Below are positions 28,959 to 32,700 of a stretch of 32,700 bases of DNA, one piece after another; the stretch's first letter is position 1, and every line of letters starts with the position of its first letter. Both the position numbers and the translations under genes were made by a program. The stretch spans positions 1-32,700 of the forward strand of contig WOYJ01000029.1 of NCBI GenBank assembly GCA_011620845.1, given 5' to 3'. The notes under the pieces are model-generated. The model was not told the DNA's origin. It saw nothing but the letters and a program-made list of their open reading frames with translations, and searched no databases. This DNA is from Methanobacteriaceae archaeon (lineage in GTDB: Archaea > Methanobacteriota > Methanobacteria > Methanobacteriales > Methanobacteriaceae).

Positions 28959-29828
28959 TTAATTTTTGTGTTGACCTTCAAATCCCTTCTCCAGAACAAA
29001 AACTAGGATAAAACCTATTATCGCCATCACTACAACCGGCGCAACAGAATCCATACTGGCCACTGTTCTTTCATAGGGCAACCTCAACGTACCGATCATC
29101 AATCCCACAAGAAATGACATGGTAATGGATTTATGATGATTTAACATGTAATCCAGTGCTCTTGAAAAGGATAAAATCCCTATTAACGCACCTATTCCAA
29201 ACACAATAATTTCAGTAAACTGCATATTGTTTAAAACATTTATCATATATTCATATTGGTTTAGAAGAAGCAGGATAAATGCTCCGGAAATTCCAGGCAG
29301 TATCATGGCACATATGGCCACCATTCCCGAGAAAAATATCACCGGTAAGGAGTGGTTGGCCTGAATAGGGTTTAAACCAATGAAGATAATGGCAAATACA
29401 AACCCCAAGAGTAAAAATGCTACGTTTTTAACGTTTAAACCACCCACATGTTTGTAGACAAAAAATGCAGATGAAAATATTAAACCAAAGAAGAATGCAT
29501 ATGTTAACGCGGGATAATTAGCTAAAAGATATGATATCACCTTGGACATGGTTAAAATAGCTAAACCTATACCTAAAAGTAGAGGTATGAATAACCTGAA
29601 GTCTATTTCCTTTATAGCGTTTTCTTTAAATTTTTTAAATTTTCCCTCTACTAGGTACAACAGAAATTTAAAGTCGATACGACTTATGGCATGGATGAGT
29701 CTTTCATAGATGCCGGTGATCAATGCTATTGTTCCACCGGAAACACCGGGGATCACGTCTGCTGTTCCCATAAACAGCCCTCTTAAAAATATTAGAAAAG
29801 CTTCCAGGTTAATCTTGACAATTTTCAT
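28959..29828 (-). CDS. DUF368 family membrane protein (candidate polyprenyl-phosphate translocase)
   Basis: 289 aa and polytopic. It has the duplicated signature DVIPGVSGGTIALITGIYERL and MILPGISGAFILLLLNQYE. Confidence 0.85.
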   Translation of the reverse strand: MKIVKINLEAFLIFLRGLFMGTADVIPGVSGGTIALITGIYERLIHAISRIDFKFLLYLVEGKFKKFKENAIKEIDFRLFIPLLLGIGLAILTMSKVISYLLANYPALTYAFFFGLIFSSAFFVYKHVGGLNVKNVAFLLLGFVFAIIFIGLNPIQANHSLPVIFFSGMVAICAMILPGISGAFILLLLNQYEYMINVLNNMQFTEIIVFGIGALIGILSFSRALDYMLNHHKSITMSFLVGLMIGTLRLPYERTVASMDSVAPVVVMAIIGFILVFVLEKGFEGQHKN

Positions 29829-29941
29829 TCGAGCACCATAACATATTTGAACAAAGTATTAAGTAAATCAGAAGATAAGATTGTTTTTTATCCTTAGAAT
29901 TATAATCCTTTTTTTATACTTTTAAATGTAGGTGGTTTAAT

Positions 29942-30550
29942 ATGGCTGGAATCATAGAAACAGTGACTAACTTCGCTATCTACTTAATTGAAGATCTGGG
30001 ATACTGGGGTGTTTTCATAGGCATGATCCTGGAAAGCGCGTGTATACCACTTCCCAGTGAAGTTATCATGCCCCTATCCGGTTTCGTCGTCTACAGGGGT
30101 GAGATGGGCCTCTTAGGAATTACCATCGTCGGTGCGGTGGGAAACCTCATAGGTTCCTGGATCGCCTATTTCGTAGGACTTAAAGGTGGAAGGCCCTTCC
30201 TGGAAAAATACGGTAAGTACGTGCTCATAAGCCCCGCGAAGCTGGATATGGCTCATGAATGGTTTAATAAATACGGCCATGAGGCGGTGCTTATAAGTCG
30301 GGTTCTGCCGATAATCAGAACTTTCATATCCCTACCTGCTGGTATAACGGAAATGGACCTGAAAAAGTTCACCATCTACACCTTCGTGGGTTCACTACCC
30401 TGGTGCTTTGTTTTAGCATACATGGGGTTTATGCTAGGACCAAACTGGAATATAATAGAGGAATACTTCCATTACATGGACATCGTCATGGTTATAGCAG
30501 TGGTTATCCTGGCAGTCTACCTGGTCCATAAGTACTGGCGGGATTACTAA
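29942..30550 (+). CDS. DedA family membrane protein
   Basis: GYWGVFIGMILESACIPLPSEVIMPLSGF, GGRPFLEKYGKY and LISRVLPIIRTFISLPAGI are classical DedA segments. It is 202 aa and lies divergent from the DUF368 gene. Confidence 0.85.
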   Translation: MAGIIETVTNFAIYLIEDLGYWGVFIGMILESACIPLPSEVIMPLSGFVVYRGEMGLLGITIVGAVGNLIGSWIAYFVGLKGGRPFLEKYGKYVLISPAKLDMAHEWFNKYGHEAVLISRVLPIIRTFISLPAGITEMDLKKFTIYTFVGSLPWCFVLAYMGFMLGPNWNIIEEYFHYMDIVMVIAVVILAVYLVHKYWRDY

Positions 30551-31046
30551 ATACACAGACAACTCTAGAAATAATTAATTTTTCAGATTTAAGGAAAGAT
30601 AAATTACACTTTGTTATTTTTCACCTTCAAATATAATTTCCAGTTTTCATCTACAGATATCACACGTCTAATCACCAAAAGCAGGAAAACTATCAGTACT
30701 TTAATCTTTATCACGTAAAAATTTGAAGGTGAAACATTGTAATAACCCCATATCAACATGAAAACCACCAGAGCGATCCATATCACGGGTGAAAAAATCA
30801 CATACTTTACTGGTTGCATCTCTACGGTCTAATTTACTAGTGTTAACACTTGCTATATTGCCCTGAAGGATTCCGGCAAGTCCTATTAGAACGTAGCACA
30901 ACACCCAACCAATGTCAGGCAACTGACCTGACATGTAAATTCCATTTGAAAATTGATAGGTGATACAAGATCTGATACAAATTGAACCAGAAGGGCCAGT
31001 GCCAATAGTATAATGGGATTTCTACCCCGGGATTTCTACCCCCCAT

Positions 31047-31568
31047 TTATTTACTTGTTTCATTATCAAATTTACCAAAAGCATGAATATAACAAAATTT
31101 CGGATTATATAAAATGAAAAAATAGAAAATGCCGATGTAATCCCTTGTAACCACAGAAGATAGGGTGTTCCAGGAAATCCAAATGGCAGAAACCATTACA
31201 ATCAAGGCATCTAAAATAGTTTTGTAAATATTTTCAGGGCTATCAAGAGGCCTGAACAATAAAAACAGTCCTATTAAGAAAAATAAATAATACAGCAAAT
31301 AAAATATATCGGTGGCGGATGGAAAAGGTTGAACATGTAAAACAACCTCCATAAAAGCCCATATTGTATCTCCTATAACATAGAGCAGTAATGAGAATGC
31401 AATGAATAACCAGGCCAAATAAATACGTTTTCCATAAATTCTAGACCTCTTTGCAGCATATATTAAACATAAAAAGGAAAGAAATCCCACCAGAGGAATG
31501 ATAAAATCAAAGAATATAATATTAATTTCCATACTTTGATTAGTTAATAAAAAAAAGTACAAATCCAA
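31047..31568 (-). CDS. hypothetical polytopic membrane protein (possibly the 5' piece of a fragmented gene)
   Basis: 173-aa track ORF with a TTG start and 4-5 hydrophobic helices. I recognise no family. More hydrophobic ORF fragments follow on the same strand in other frames (30701..30934 and 30604..30819). Confidence 0.4.
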   Translation of the reverse strand: MDLYFFLLTNQSMEINIIFFDFIIPLVGFLSFLCLIYAAKRSRIYGKRIYLAWLFIAFSLLLYVIGDTIWAFMEVVLHVQPFPSATDIFYLLYYLFFLIGLFLLFRPLDSPENIYKTILDALIVMVSAIWISWNTLSSVVTRDYIGIFYFFILYNPKFCYIHAFGKFDNETSK

Positions 31569-31747
31569 TTATCAAAGATGCACCAAAAATTGAAGCAGTT
31601 TTAAAGGAAATAAATTCTCTTTCTGGACCTGGTAAATTATTCATGAATTTCCTTGAACTTAATCACATAAAAAAATAGATTTATTCGTCAGAAAAATTTA
31701 TATAGGACATCAGATATTATGAATGTGAACATTTAGGTGATAAAAAA

Positions 31748-32700
31748 ATGAAGAAAATGGGAACTTTAAGATTAACCATGCGGCTATATTTAGCAATTGC
31801 CCTATTATTTTTCCTGATCTATGTGATTGTTACACTGGCCGGATATTTCCTGCACTTCGGGAACCTTACCTTCTACGCTATACTGGCCGTCGCCATAGTA
31901 GTGGGCCAGTACCTTCTGGGGCCTAAGCTGGTGGAAATGACCATGCGGGTGAGATACGTATCTCCCCATGAAGCCCCTAAACTCCATGCCATGGTGGAAG
32001 ACCTGGCCATGAAGGCTGGCATCCCCAAACCAAAGGTAGGAATCTCTGAAGTGAACATACCCAATGCATTCGCCTTCGGGAGAACCAAAAGTGACGGTAG
32101 AGTCTGCGTAACCAGGGGATTACTTCACATACTGGATGAAGGAGAATTAAGGGCGGTTCTGGGACATGAACTATCCCACATCAACCACCGGGACATGGCG
32201 GTGATAACCATGATCAGCGCCGTTCCACTGATCTTCTACTACATATTCATCAGCACATTATTCAGTGGCGGTGACAATGATAATGCCGGACTCATCGGAG
32301 TCGTCGCTTTAGTTGGTTATTTCCTGTCACAGTTGATTGTTCTCTTCGTATCTAGGGTAAGGGAATATTATGCCGATCAGGGAAGTGTAGAACTGGGAAA
32401 CCCACCACATGAACTGGCCAGCGCACTTTACAAACTTACCTATACCTCAGCTGTAGCAGATAAAAGGGAAAAGAAGGAAGTTGAGGGTGTGAAAGCCTTC
32501 TTCGTCAACGACATTTCCAGCTCCAGTGATGTGATCAGTGACTTAAAACAGCTGGACCTGGACATGAATGGAAGCATCAGTGAAGCTGAACTCAATGAAC
32601 TAAAATACAACCGAACCAAAATAGGTACCGGCAGTCAGATCATGGAAGTACTTTCTACCCACCCCAACATGGTTAAAAGGGTTAAAAGACTGTCTGAGAT
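31748..32700 (+). CDS. htpX: HtpX-type M48 zinc metalloprotease, 3'-partial (runs off the window)
   Basis: This gene is not in the ORF track because no stop is reached. The ATG at 31748 lies 7 nt after GGTGA (31736-31740). My own translation gives:
- MKKMGTLRLTMRLYLAIALLFF...
- NAFAFGRTKSDGRVCVTRGLL
- the HExxH motif LGHELSHINHRD
- the third-ligand region REYYADQGS
- STHPNMVKRVKRL. Confidence 0.9.
   Translation, partial: MKKMGTLRLTMRLYLAIALLFFLIYVIVTLAGYFLHFGNLTFYAILAVAIVVGQYLLGPKLVEMTMRVRYVSPHEAPKLHAMVEDLAMKAGIPKPKVGISEVNIPNAFAFGRTKSDGRVCVTRGLLHILDEGELRAVLGHELSHINHRDMAVITMISAVPLIFYYIFISTLFSGGDNDNAGLIGVVALVGYFLSQLIVLFVSRVREYYADQGSVELGNPPHELASALYKLTYTSAVADKREKKEVEGVKAFFVNDISSSSDVISDLKQLDLDMNGSISEAELNELKYNRTKIGTGSQIMEVLSTHPNMVKRVKRLSE

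Noticed and set aside
31014-31041. The 14-nt tandem duplication as the direct cause of truncation of ORF 31047..31568.
   Set aside because: The duplication lies just downstream of that ORF's stop codon on the coding strand, so it cannot have created that stop. It only disrupts the neighbouring frame, and I keep it as part of the gene-decay finding.
31490-31505. An apparent 1-nt mismatch between my hand translation of the displayed bases near 31499 and the 173-aa protein in the ORF track.
   Set aside because: I could not reconcile the two. I cannot exclude my own indexing error, and neighbouring ORF anchors (30934, 31568, 31987) match the coordinates. I treat it as coordinate uncertainty rather than biology.
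31805-32088. Two minus-strand track ORFs (60 and 71 aa).
   Set aside because: They lie antisense within the htpX coding region. That gene has the HExxH motif but is missing from the track only because it has no stop inside the window.

Overview
This window reads as an ordinary chromosomal segment of a methanogenic archaeon, probably Methanobacteriales. The evidence is AT-rich intergenic DNA, GGTGA/GGAGG ribosome-binding sites and archaeal replication and translation genes.

I can support about 31 protein-coding genes and one tRNA:
- **Lipid, envelope and membrane:** DGGGP synthase, an AglB oligosaccharyltransferase, an acyltransferase-3 protein, a DUF368 protein, two DedA proteins, an APC permease and a partial HtpX protease that runs off the 3' end.
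- **Replication:** MCM, RFC small and large subunits, and a type IA topoisomerase.
- **Translation and ribosome biogenesis:** TyrRS, aIF2-beta, NMD3, RlmE, DRG GTPase, an AK6/Fap7-like kinase and tRNA-Ala(CGC).
- **Metabolism and transport:** Tmk, Thi4, a CDGSH protein and a CDF transporter.

There is no CRISPR array, rRNA or recognisable defence island. I did not find convincing evidence for a wholly new multi-gene system.

The best leads are:
1. A divergent DUF368/DedA gene pair, the two families implicated in polyprenyl-phosphate recycling, in a window that also carries AglB, DGGGP synthase and a second DedA.
2. A textbook EF-hand loop embedded in the HtpX-type protease.
3. A PP-loop-ATPase-like protein that has lost the SGGxDS motif.
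4. A roughly 1.39-kb decayed IS element with terminal inverted repeats between the AK6 and rfcS genes.
5. Short tandem repeats with a period of about 20 nt that recur exactly at the 3' ends of genes.
6. Gene-decay or start-codon anomalies in the CDF transporter, the APC permease and a fragmented membrane gene.

Motif and repeat coordinates were indexed by hand and may be off by 1-2 nt.
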